Positions 1-8,296 of a stretch of 32,000 nt of DNA are shown here, in pieces (within the stretch, counting starts at the first letter, position 1; every line of letters starts with the position of its first letter). Made by a program: the position numbers and the translations under genes. Origin of the DNA: Candidatus Nanobsidianus stetteri (lineage in GTDB: Archaea > Nanobdellota > Nanobdellia > Nanobdellales > Nanobdellaceae); NCBI GenBank assembly GCA_000387965.1, contig APJZ01000001.1, positions 120,001 through 152,000 of the forward strand, read 5' to 3'. The notes under the pieces are model-generated. The model saw only the letters and a program-made list of their open reading frames with translations. It had not been told where the DNA came from and searched no databases.

Positions 1-1
1 A

Positions 2-172
2 TTTATAAATTATAAATATATATCTTTTGATAACCTTAATACTCTTCTACAATTTTCTAATAATATAGTTATAGAGATAGTTAAGGAACCACAGGTTCTA
101 TTTAATAAGGTTGATGATAACTTAATAAATAAATTAAAACAGACAGTAACTAAACCTTCTATATCTTTATAA
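2..172 (+). CDS. 3' end of a CDS entering from upstream of the window (hypothetical, C-terminal ~56 aa)
   Basis: Frame 2 is open from the window edge to TAA at 170-172 (...NIVIEIVKEPQVLFNKVDDNLINKLKQTVTKPSISL*). Absent from the supplied track because it is under 60 aa. No recognisable motif. Confidence 0.25.
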   Translation, partial: FINYKYISFDNLNTLLQFSNNIVIEIVKEPQVLFNKVDDNLINKLKQTVTKPSISL

Positions 173-680
173 ATAAAAATTTATAAGCCAAAAATAAAAA
201 ATTAAAAATATGGAGGAAGCCAACGAAAACCCGCGTCTACTATATTTAATATATTCCACAAATAAATATCTAGTATATTATTCTACTTTATTTCTTTTGT
301 TCTTCTTTCTTTTCTTCTTTCTTCTTCGCCATAATATATTATTCTATAAAATGTTTAAAAATCTTTCATTTTTTTATGACTTCAAATGAATACTAATATG
401 TAGTAAAACAATGAACAGATTGTATATTTATAAATAATTTATAAAGGGATTATATATAAATATTTATAAAGTAATCAAAATATTTAGAAATATTGAAATA
501 ATACATACTATTTAGATATCTAAAGATATGATATATAAATAAATATTGGCTAAAAGATTATATAATCAACATATTTAAGATAGTGAGAAAAATTAAGAAT
601 AAAGAAAGGAAAAGGGAATAGTATAAATTTATTTAATAATAAAAAATAATATTTTTATTGTTTTTCATTTAAAATATATT

Positions 681-1628
681 ATGTCTTATGATATTGTAGG
701 TGATATAGTTATAATTAAAAAGCCATTAAAATATGATGAGGAAGAATATGTAAAAAGAATATTGGAAAAGCATAAATTTATAAGAACAATTCTATTACAG
801 GAAACGGATGTTTTACCTCCATATAGGATTCCGAAATATAAGATTTTATATGGGGAAAATAAAACTGAAACAATTAATGTTGAATATGGATTAAGATTTA
901 AGGTAGACGTTGCTAGATGTTATTATTCTCCAAGATTGAGTAATGAGAGATATAGGATTGCAAAACAAGTAAAAGAAAATGAAGAAGTTCTAGTAATGTT
1001 TTCTGGTGTAAATGTATATTCTATATATATAGCAAAATATTCGAAAGCTAAGATAATTTATTCAATTGAGTTAAATCCTTTTGCAGTAAAATATGGATTA
1101 GAAAATATAAAAATAAACAAAGTAAATAATGTTATCACATTATTGGGGGATGTAAAAGATGTATCAAAATATATAGGTTATTTAGAAAATGGAGATGGGA
1201 TAATAAAAAATGATAAAGAATATATAAAAGATATAATTGATTCTGAATTGGAAATAAACAATCTATATATTTATGAATATGATGAGATAATAAAAAATAT
1301 AAAATATAAAAAATTAAGATATATTAGCGAATTAGAAAATTTAGAAAAATTTAATAAAAAGTTTGATAGGATTATAATGCCATTACCAAAGGAAAGTCAT
1401 ACATTTTTAGAATATGCAATACCTTTAATAAAAGATAATGGAATAATACATTTATATCAATTCTTTGAAGAAGAAAAAATAAGAGAAAAAGCAATAGATT
1501 TATTAGAAAAATATTCAAATGAATTAAACTTTAAATATGAAATATTAAACATTCTAAAAGTCGGTGATATATCTCCAGGAAATTACAGGGTTTGCATAGA
1601 TTTTAAAGTTATAAAAAACAAAATTTAA
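681..1628 (+). CDS. trm5: Trm5/Taw2 (Met-10+) family tRNA methyltransferase, probably tRNA (guanine37-N1)-methyltransferase
   Basis: 315-aa ORF with an N-terminal YDIVGDIVIIK block. Class-I SAM MTase core: VLVMFSGVNVYSIYIAK, IYSIELNP, GDVKDV, FDRIIMPLP (an NLP-like motif). Carries a ~50-aa N/K/I/E-rich insertion between the GDV and IIMPLP motifs. Confidence 0.7.
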   Translation: MSYDIVGDIVIIKKPLKYDEEEYVKRILEKHKFIRTILLQETDVLPPYRIPKYKILYGENKTETINVEYGLRFKVDVARCYYSPRLSNERYRIAKQVKENEEVLVMFSGVNVYSIYIAKYSKAKIIYSIELNPFAVKYGLENIKINKVNNVITLLGDVKDVSKYIGYLENGDGIIKNDKEYIKDIIDSELEINNLYIYEYDEIIKNIKYKKLRYISELENLEKFNKKFDRIIMPLPKESHTFLEYAIPLIKDNGIIHLYQFFEEEKIREKAIDLLEKYSNELNFKYEILNILKVGDISPGNYRVCIDFKVIKNKI

Positions 1629-1654
1629 AAATATCATAAAATTATTTTATCATA

Positions 1655-2113
1655 ATGAGAAGTGACTTCCTTACAACCCTTGTAATAATATTTGGTATTA
1701 TATTGGGAATTACAGTTATTCTATATTTGTTTGTGCCTCCTCAAGTAATATTGAAACTTTTGGGAAAAAATACCCAATCATCCAATTCTGTATCATTTAA
1801 AATATCATATATGTACTATACTTCGAATAGTATATATGCAATAATATACAATGGTGGACCGGATATAGATTTAAGTAATATGCAAATTACATATACATAT
1901 AGCCAAAATAGTTATCAAACTGGAACATGTAATATAGTTGTAAATAATTATACATTACCTTCAAATAGTCAAGAAATAATTGAATTAAATTGTACAAATG
2001 AAGATTTAATTATTAATAATTTAATGTTAAATAAAGGATCTTATGAATTTTCATTTAAATACGGAAATACAATACAGCAGGCTCCTCTACCATTTAAAAT
2101 TTCAAATCAATAG
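1655..2113 (+). CDS. hypothetical N-terminally membrane-anchored protein with an N/S/T/Y-rich beta-type ectodomain
   Basis: 152-aa ORF with one N-terminal hydrophobic helix (LTTLVIIFGIILGITVILYLF) and then a polar, Cys-containing domain. Its architecture resembles the ArlF/G-like ORF at 5458-5844, but I see no convincing class III signal peptide. The stop codon directly abuts the tRNA-Arg 3' end. Confidence 0.45.
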   Translation: MRSDFLTTLVIIFGIILGITVILYLFVPPQVILKLLGKNTQSSNSVSFKISYMYYTSNSIYAIIYNGGPDIDLSNMQITYTYSQNSYQTGTCNIVVNNYTLPSNSQEIIELNCTNEDLIINNLMLNKGSYEFSFKYGNTIQQAPLPFKISNQ

Positions 2114-2188
2114 CGGACCCGGGGGGATTCGAACCCCCGACCTACGGCTTAGAAGGCCGTCGCTCTATCCATGCTGAGCTACGGGTCC
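2114..2188 (-). tRNA. tRNA-Arg (anticodon UCU), no encoded CCA, no intron
   Basis: Minus-strand read: GGACCCG-UA-GCUC-AGCAUGGAUA-GAGC-G-ACGGC-CUUCUAA-GCCGU-AGGUC-GGGGG-UUCGAAU-CCCCC-CGGGUCC-G. Folded by hand into a full cloverleaf with a GC-rich acceptor and T stems. Confidence 0.9.
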
Positions 2189-2232
2189 AATTATAAAAAT
2201 ATTATGATGAAAAATTAAAATACTTAATTATA

Positions 2233-2281
2233 TCTGTATATCGATGTTTCATCATTTATCAGCAATGCCTTGCATCTTCAC
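2233..2281 (-). ncRNA. box C/D sRNA (2'-O-methylation guide), double-guide architecture
   Basis: Minus-strand read: GUGAAGA (C) - UGCAAGGCAUUG (12 nt) - CUGA (D') - UAA - AUGAUGA (C') - AACAUCGAUAUA (12 nt) - CAGA (D). Flanking AUAU/UAUA could form a short terminal stem. Both spacers are exactly 12 nt. Confidence 0.75.
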
Positions 2282-2334
2282 CATATATATAATATAAATG
2301 AAATATTAAAACCATATTACAACAAAAATACCCA

Positions 2335-2405
2335 TGGGACCGCGGGGATTCGAACCCCGATCACTGGGACCCAAACCCAGTAGCCTACCACTAGCCTACG
2401 GTCCC
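2335..2405 (-). tRNA. tRNA-Pro (anticodon UGG), G37, no encoded CCA
   Basis: Minus-strand read: GGGACCG-UA-GGCU-AGUGGUA-GGCU-A-CUGGG-UUUGGGU-CCCAG-UGAU-CGGGG-UUCGAAU-CCCCG-CGGUCCC-A. The cloverleaf closes, with two G-U pairs in the D stem. Confidence 0.9.
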
Positions 2406-2461
2406 TTAAAAAATAAAGATTTTTCAAAAATTTAAAAGAGTTTTTAATAACATATTAAAAA

Positions 2462-3439
2462 ATGCCACAGCATGGTAGACATAAACCCAGAGCAGTATCT
2501 ATGCAATTTTGGCCAAGAGTAAGGGCTAAAAGAATCTGTCCGATAATTAAGAGTTGGCCTTCTATAAATAATATTCAACCAATCGCATTTGCCGGATATA
2601 AAGTTGGTATGACACATATTTTAACAAAAGAAGGAAAATATGTACCTGTATCAATTATAGAAACACCTCCGTTAAAGATTCTCGGAATTAGATTATATAA
2701 GAAAGATATAAATAAAGGATACATATCTTTAAAGGATATTATTTCAAATAATTTTGATGAATATATTAAAAGAAGAATAAAAACATTGAAACCAAATGAA
2801 GATCTAGAGAAAGATATTCAAGATGCTGAACAAATATTAGATAAGGTTTCATTGATAAAATTAATCGTATATACACAACCATGGTTAACAACAATTAAAA
2901 AGAAGAAACCTGAAATATTTGAAATACCTATTGGAGGAAATAATATTAAAGAAATATTTAATTATGCAAAAAATTTGTTAGGAAATCAAATAAAAATAAA
3001 TGATGTATTTAAAGAGGGAGAATATATAGATGTAATTGGAGTAACAAAGGGAAAAGGATTCCAGGGAGAAGTAAAAAGATATGGAATAACAATTCAACCT
3101 AAAGGAAATAAGAGAAGTAAATCCGTAAGACATGCGGGTGCTAGAGGAGCAAGAGGAATGAAAAGAGTATTCCCAACAACACCAATGCCGGGTCAATATG
3201 GATTCTTTAGAAGAACAGAATATAATAAATTAATAATAAAGATTTCTGATAATTATAATGAAATAAATCCAAGTTCTGGTTGGCCACATTATGGAGTTGT
3301 AAAGAATACATATGTAATACTAAAAGGTTCAGTAATAGGAGCAAAGAAGAGGTTATTAATATTAAGAAAAGCAATAAGACCACCAAAGAATCCGGAAAAA
3401 ATAGGCATAGAATATATATCCTTATTACCAAAGAACTAA
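2462..3439 (+). CDS. rpl3: 50S ribosomal protein uL3
   Basis: 325 aa. N-terminal HGRHKPRAVSMQFWPRVRAKR, then GYKVGMTHI, and GKGFQGEVKRYG...RHAGARGARG, typical of archaeal L3. Confidence 0.93.
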   Translation: MPQHGRHKPRAVSMQFWPRVRAKRICPIIKSWPSINNIQPIAFAGYKVGMTHILTKEGKYVPVSIIETPPLKILGIRLYKKDINKGYISLKDIISNNFDEYIKRRIKTLKPNEDLEKDIQDAEQILDKVSLIKLIVYTQPWLTTIKKKKPEIFEIPIGGNNIKEIFNYAKNLLGNQIKINDVFKEGEYIDVIGVTKGKGFQGEVKRYGITIQPKGNKRSKSVRHAGARGARGMKRVFPTTPMPGQYGFFRRTEYNKLIIKISDNYNEINPSSGWPHYGVVKNTYVILKGSVIGAKKRLLILRKAIRPPKNPEKIGIEYISLLPKN

Positions 3440-3440
3440 G

Positions 3441-3737
3441 ATGGAAGTAAAAATATATAGAGTTGAAGGATTAATATTTAAAACAAAAATTTTGAGAAAT
3501 TTGAAGAAAAAGGAAGGGGTTTTAACAAAAAGAAAGGTTGTTTATAAATTTACAAAGGAATTATTGGGAATAAATGAAAAAGATGTTTTAGAAAGAATAT
3601 ATTCTTTATTTGGAAGTGCATATAAAGTGAAAAGAAATAAAATAAAAATATTAAAAGTTGAAGAGATTAGTGAAAATGATATAAGAGATAAGAATTTAAA
3701 GAAATTTGTAGAATATATTAAAAATGGAAAATTCTAA
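3441..3737 (+). CDS. rplX: 50S ribosomal protein eL20 (LX / L18Ae)
   Basis: 98 aa. Begins MEVKIYRVEG and has ERIYSLFGSAYKVKRNKIKILKVEEI, matching the LX signature (E.vyS..GS.H.vkR..I.I..v.eI). It sits directly upstream of prefoldin alpha, the conserved archaeal rplX-pfdA arrangement. Confidence 0.72.
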   Translation: MEVKIYRVEGLIFKTKILRNLKKKEGVLTKRKVVYKFTKELLGINEKDVLERIYSLFGSAYKVKRNKIKILKVEEISENDIRDKNLKKFVEYIKNGKF

Positions 3738-4059
3738 TGAACTATTAGAATTTTTATACACTCAATTAGAGGCTATACAGAATAAAATATTAGAATATGA
3801 ATTAATAAAGAGTTTTATTAATGAATTAAAAAAACAAGAAGATACATATATAAATTTAGGAGGATTAATATTTGTCAGAGGATCAATAAAAGATGATCAA
3901 AATTTATTAATAAATATTGGAAGGAATATATTTATTGAAAAAAATAAAAATGATGTTTTAAAATTAATAGATGATATAATAAATAAATTAAATCAAGATT
4001 TAAATGAAATAAGAACAAAAATAAATGAAATATCTATGAAAAAAACTCCTCAACCTTAA
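3724..4059 (+). CDS. pfdA: prefoldin alpha subunit (short form)
   Basis: 111 aa with coiled coil, beta-hairpin core and coiled coil (INLGGLIFVRGSIKDDQNLLINIGRNIFIEKNKNDVLKLI). Its start overlaps the rplX stop by 14 nt. Confidence 0.68.
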   Translation: MENSNELLEFLYTQLEAIQNKILEYELIKSFINELKKQEDTYINLGGLIFVRGSIKDDQNLLINIGRNIFIEKNKNDVLKLIDDIINKLNQDLNEIRTKINEISMKKTPQP

Positions 4060-4669
4060 CAATTTCATGACCAGTAGAATATTTCCCAATTATTAAATAT
4101 TCTTTGTTAATTTCTATTCCATATCTTAAATATGGACTTCCAAAATTAATTGATCCTATATCTAAATTATAACCAGTAATTTCCTTTACTTTTTCTATTA
4201 TTTTATCATTTAATTCCTGACTTATTAATAATTTATTATTATATAATTTTGATATACTTCCAAAAAGATATTTTGTTTTTATTTTATATGCCGGTAAAGA
4301 TAATTTTTCAGATATCTTCTTTACATCACTATCTTTTCCATAAGAATAAATTATTCCATTTTTTCCAATTAAAAATATATTCCCTATTAGATTTTCTATA
4401 AAATCTATTTCAATTATATCAAAATGATTCTTTAATATATTCTTTAATTCTTCAGGAGCATTAGAACTAATAATTATTTTATTATCATGTTCTATAAAAT
4501 ATGGAGAAACAATTGGTGATTCTATATAATATTTTTTTATATCAATGTTCATCCTTTCAATATTATTTTTTTCACTTTTACTTGCTATAAGAAAATCTTC
4601 AAATATATGCATTACAATACCTATAGATGGTATACTAATATAATCTGCTTTCTTAACTATCATTATCAA
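4034..4669 (-). CDS. eif6: translation initiation factor 6 (aIF6)
   Basis: 211 aa with the five-fold repeated eIF6 pattern (IPSIGIVMHIFEDFLIAS; SPIVSPYFIEHDNKIIISSN; ENLIGNIFLIGKNGIIYS; GSPYLRYGIEINKEYLIIGKYSTGHEIVKVEEF). Converges on pfdA with a 26-nt overlap. Confidence 0.78.
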   Translation of the reverse strand: MIMIVKKADYISIPSIGIVMHIFEDFLIASKSEKNNIERMNIDIKKYYIESPIVSPYFIEHDNKIIISSNAPEELKNILKNHFDIIEIDFIENLIGNIFLIGKNGIIYSYGKDSDVKKISEKLSLPAYKIKTKYLFGSISKLYNNKLLISQELNDKIIEKVKEITGYNLDIGSINFGSPYLRYGIEINKEYLIIGKYSTGHEIVKVEEFFS

Positions 4670-4726
4670 TATTGATTATCAGGAATAGTTATAAAATTTA
4701 TATATTTCGAGATATTTAGAATTTGT

Positions 4727-5461
4727 ATGAATATATTTTCGAATATATTTAGAAAAAAGAATAATGATAAAAATGTCCAAAATATTAATGTTATACCACA
4801 ACAAAATATTGTAAATCAAAATTATACATCAGAAATAAAAAATATTGTTAACTCTATTGAAGGTTTAGCTAAAAGTGTAAGAGAATTAGAGAACAAAGTA
4901 TCCGAAATTTCAAGTAATATTTCAACTATTAGTTCTACTGTAGAAAGTCATCAAAATGAAATAAATAGTATTAAAAATAATTTGGAAAAAGTTTTTTCTA
5001 TATATGAAATGCTAATAAAAAGTTATAATCCGTTTGTAGAAGAAGAAAAAAAGGAAGAATCAAATGTTCAAGTTATAAATGAAAATAAGATAGAAAATTC
5101 CGAAAATAATATATTACCATTAAGTAAACTTGATGACAATCCAACTGTTTCTTCAATTATAATTGGTTGGTTAGCATACCTAGTTAAAAAATCAAATATA
5201 GAAGAAGTAGATGATGCATTAGACTATTATGAATCAATTAATTGGATAACTGAAAAAGTAAAAATAAAATTAAAGGAATATTTAAATGGATTAAAAAGTG
5301 TTGAAGGAGAAAATAAAAGGTTATTACCAATGGATCATATAGTAAGTCTATATATAATATCAAAATTGGCACAGATAAATAGTTCAGGTAATATTGAGAG
5401 ATTAAAAGATCTATATAATGAGCTAATTCAAAAAGGGTATATATCACCAATAAAAAGATGA
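4727..5461 (+). CDS. archaellum accessory protein, FlaC/FlaD/FlaE (ArlC/D/E) family fusion
   Basis: 244 aa. The N-terminal coiled coil ends in IYEMLIKSYNPFV (FlaC-type YE...NPF). The C-terminal block LPLSKLDDNPTVSSIIIGWLAYLV...ALDYYESINWITEKV matches the FlaD/E domain. Confidence 0.72.
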   Translation: MNIFSNIFRKKNNDKNVQNINVIPQQNIVNQNYTSEIKNIVNSIEGLAKSVRELENKVSEISSNISTISSTVESHQNEINSIKNNLEKVFSIYEMLIKSYNPFVEEEKKEESNVQVINENKIENSENNILPLSKLDDNPTVSSIIIGWLAYLVKKSNIEEVDDALDYYESINWITEKVKIKLKEYLNGLKSVEGENKRLLPMDHIVSLYIISKLAQINSSGNIERLKDLYNELIQKGYISPIKR

Positions 5462-5844
5462 TAAGGGAATTAATATATTTATTTATTCTATTTGTAGCTG
5501 GATATTTCGTATTAAGTACATTTTTCAACTTTTACTCTTCAGCAGGAAAAATAATTGCAAATGAAATATCGAATATAACAACTCCTACATATGAAAGTCA
5601 GGTAAATTATATAGTAAATTATTATAATTATGGTAATTATTCAATATTATATTTAGTACAGAATATAAATCCATCTAATTGTATAAATAGTATAGAGGTA
5701 GGAAATACAATGGTTAACTTTACATATAAGGTATTAAATCAATATACAATAGAATTGAATATAAGTTATCCAGTAAATGCTGGAAATAATTTAACAATAA
5801 CATTTTGTAATGGCCAATCATCTTTATATTATATTAGCCCATAA
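5458..5844 (+). CDS. ArlF/ArlG (FlaF/FlaG)-like archaellum stator/periplasmic protein
   Basis: 128 aa with an N-terminal TM helix and a beta-rich N/Y/S domain. Positioned between arlC/D/E and arlH with ATGA start/stop overlap. Assigned mainly from position and architecture. Confidence 0.5.
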   Translation: MIRELIYLFILFVAGYFVLSTFFNFYSSAGKIIANEISNITTPTYESQVNYIVNYYNYGNYSILYLVQNINPSNCINSIEVGNTMVNFTYKVLNQYTIELNISYPVNAGNNLTITFCNGQSSLYYISP

Positions 5845-6548
5845 TGGTAGAATATATTAATGTTTATTTAGATAGGGATGAATTTTCAAATAGAATCGGA
5901 GGGGGAATTCCAAAAGGTAGTATATTTATAATTGAAGGAGAAAATGGAACTGGAAAGAGTATAATATGTCAGAGAATATTATATGGAGCTTTATCAAATA
6001 ATCATACTGCAACATATATTTCTACAGAATTATCTGTTGTAGATTTTATTAAACAAATGGAATCTTTAGGTTATGATATAAAAGATTATTTATTAAACCA
6101 AAAATTATTATTTATACCAACCTTAAATTTATTTAATAGAATAAAGGAGAAAGAAAATTTAATATTTGAACTAACAAAGGAAAAATCTAGAAAACTATTA
6201 GAAAATGAGTTAATAATATTGGATTCTTTATCATATCCATTAATAAATGGTTTAGATAAAATGGATTCAATAAGATTAATTGAATTTTTAAGTAAAATAA
6301 AAAACCTAGATAAAACAATTATTTTAACATATAATCCTTCAGAAATAAATAGATTTTTTGTAAGAAATATAAGGAGAATTGCAGATATATATTTTAATTT
6401 AAGGTTTTCTTCCATTGGAGAATCATCATTATTAAAAATGATAGAGGTAAAGAGATTTAGATATCCAATGAGTATATATAATACATTAATACCATTTAGA
6501 GTAGAACCCAATATAGGGCTAATAATTGAGATATCTTCATATGTATAA
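5844..6548 (+). CDS. arlH: archaellum protein ArlH (FlaH), RecA/KaiC-like ATP-binding protein
   Basis: 234 aa. GGGIPKGSIFIIEGENGTGKSIICQRILYGAL (Walker A) and YISTE. Tightly coupled to its neighbours (TAATG junctions). Confidence 0.85.
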   Translation: MVEYINVYLDRDEFSNRIGGGIPKGSIFIIEGENGTGKSIICQRILYGALSNNHTATYISTELSVVDFIKQMESLGYDIKDYLLNQKLLFIPTLNLFNRIKEKENLIFELTKEKSRKLLENELIILDSLSYPLINGLDKMDSIRLIEFLSKIKNLDKTIILTYNPSEINRFFVRNIRRIADIYFNLRFSSIGESSLLKMIEVKRFRYPMSIYNTLIPFRVEPNIGLIIEISSYV

Positions 6549-8221
6549 TGCCTGAACAAATACAAGAAACAAAACAAGAATATATAATAAAAAGGGAAAA
6601 TGCAAAAGTAATAACTAATGATATAACTGCATCATTTGATGAGGCATTAAATAAATATGAACATCTTAGAGATTATGTTAATGAAATATCATTAAAAATT
6701 GGGCCTCCCGAATGGATGACTTCTCTAGATTTTTCTTTAAGATCTAGAACTGAATTTAATATATTATATCCTGTTGGAGATCCCATATTTATTCATATAT
6801 ATAAATTACCATCCGGAGAAGCATTATATAATGTAATAGAACCCGAATTAAATGATGAAGAAAAGAAAAAATTAGATCGAATACAAACAAAAATTGTTAA
6901 ATATGCAATAGAAGATATTAACTTTAATAATGTTGAAGAAGTAAGAAGATATATAATCGATCTATTCAATAAGGTTATTGATTTTAAAAAGAAATTATTT
7001 TCTGATAAGGTATATATAAAAAATCAAGAAGAATATGATAAATTGTTATATTTCTTAATTAGAGAAAGATTTGGTTATGGATATTTAGAACCATTTTTAA
7101 GAGATCCATATTTAGAGGACGTACATATATTGGGTTTAGGTCCTATTTATGTTGTACATAAAATATTTGGAATGCTTAAAACAAATAGAGTATTTAAAAA
7201 TGAGGAAGATTTAAATAAATATATAATTAAATATTCACAAATAGTTGATAGACCAGCATCAGAAACAAGACCAATAGTTGATGCAATATTACCAGACGGA
7301 TCAAGAGTTAATTTTATATATGGTAAAGATATATCTTTACATGGATCTTCATTTACAATAAGAAAATTCTCTGCAAAACCATTAAGTATAACGCAATTAA
7401 TTTCTTTTGGTACAATTTCTCCCGAAGAGGCTGCTTATTTATGGTTGGCAATTGAAAATGGAATGAATATAGTAGTATCTGGAGAAACAGCATCAGGAAA
7501 AACTACATTATTAAATGCATTGACTACCTTTATTAAACCTGATGCAAAGGTTTATTCTGTAGAAGATACACCTGAATTAAATATACCACATAATATATGG
7601 CAAAGATTGGTTACAAGGGAAGTTGGAAAAAGTGCGGATGTATCTATGTATGATCTATTAAGAGCAGCATTAAGATCCAGACCAAATTATATATTAATAG
7701 GTGAGATAAGAGGTAAAGAAGGATATGTAGCATTCCAGGCAATGCAAACAGGTCATCCAGTTATGACAACATTCCACTCAGGTAATATAACTCAATTAAT
7801 AGAAAGATTGACTGGAGATCCAATAAATATACCAATTACATTTATAGATAACTTAAATATTGCTGTATTTACAACATCAGTAACGGTAAAGGGGAGATAT
7901 GAAAGAAGAATAACAAATATATACGAAATAGAAAAGTATATTGCTGAATTAAAGAAAGTTGCTGTTAGAAATGTATTTACATGGAATTCTGTACAAGATA
8001 AACATATGTTTATTGGAAGATATAATAGTTATATATTAGAAAAGAAAATTGCGCCATTAATGAAAATTGATGATAAAAGAAAAATATACCAAATATTAGA
8101 TTATAGGGCTAAAATATTAAAAAAGATGGTTGAATATCAAATATTTGATTTCTTTGAAGTATGGGAAATATTGAAAAATTTCTACATAAATGGACCTTCA
8201 TCATTACCATTTTCAGTATAA
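6548..8221 (+). CDS. arlI: archaellum motor ATPase ArlI (FlaI), type II/IV secretion ATPase family
   Basis: 557 aa. Walker A SGETASGKTTLLNAL, Asp/Walker B region RSRPNYILIGEIRGKEG, His box QTGHPVMTTFH. Confidence 0.92.
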   Translation: MPEQIQETKQEYIIKRENAKVITNDITASFDEALNKYEHLRDYVNEISLKIGPPEWMTSLDFSLRSRTEFNILYPVGDPIFIHIYKLPSGEALYNVIEPELNDEEKKKLDRIQTKIVKYAIEDINFNNVEEVRRYIIDLFNKVIDFKKKLFSDKVYIKNQEEYDKLLYFLIRERFGYGYLEPFLRDPYLEDVHILGLGPIYVVHKIFGMLKTNRVFKNEEDLNKYIIKYSQIVDRPASETRPIVDAILPDGSRVNFIYGKDISLHGSSFTIRKFSAKPLSITQLISFGTISPEEAAYLWLAIENGMNIVVSGETASGKTTLLNALTTFIKPDAKVYSVEDTPELNIPHNIWQRLVTREVGKSADVSMYDLLRAALRSRPNYILIGEIRGKEGYVAFQAMQTGHPVMTTFHSGNITQLIERLTGDPINIPITFIDNLNIAVFTTSVTVKGRYERRITNIYEIEKYIAELKKVAVRNVFTWNSVQDKHMFIGRYNSYILEKKIAPLMKIDDKRKIYQILDYRAKILKKMVEYQIFDFFEVWEILKNFYINGPSSLPFSV

Positions 8222-8296
8222 TTAATAAATTTTTCTTGAAATTAATTTAATTATGGATCGGTATTAAAAAGGCCAAAATTTTTGTTATAAATAATT

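Noticed and set aside
288-332. Minus-strand mini-ORF MAKKKEEKKEEQKK, encoded by the purine-rich complement of the polypyrimidine tract.
   Set aside because: It is only 14 codons of pure low complexity with no known small-protein family resemblance, and is more likely a by-product of the tract.
400-680. A replication origin in the long AT-rich spacer (repeated ATTTATAAA strings).
   Set aside because: There are no ORB or mini-ORB-like repeats with G-strings and no adjacent cdc6/orc1 gene. The repeats are indistinguishable from the low-complexity AT background.
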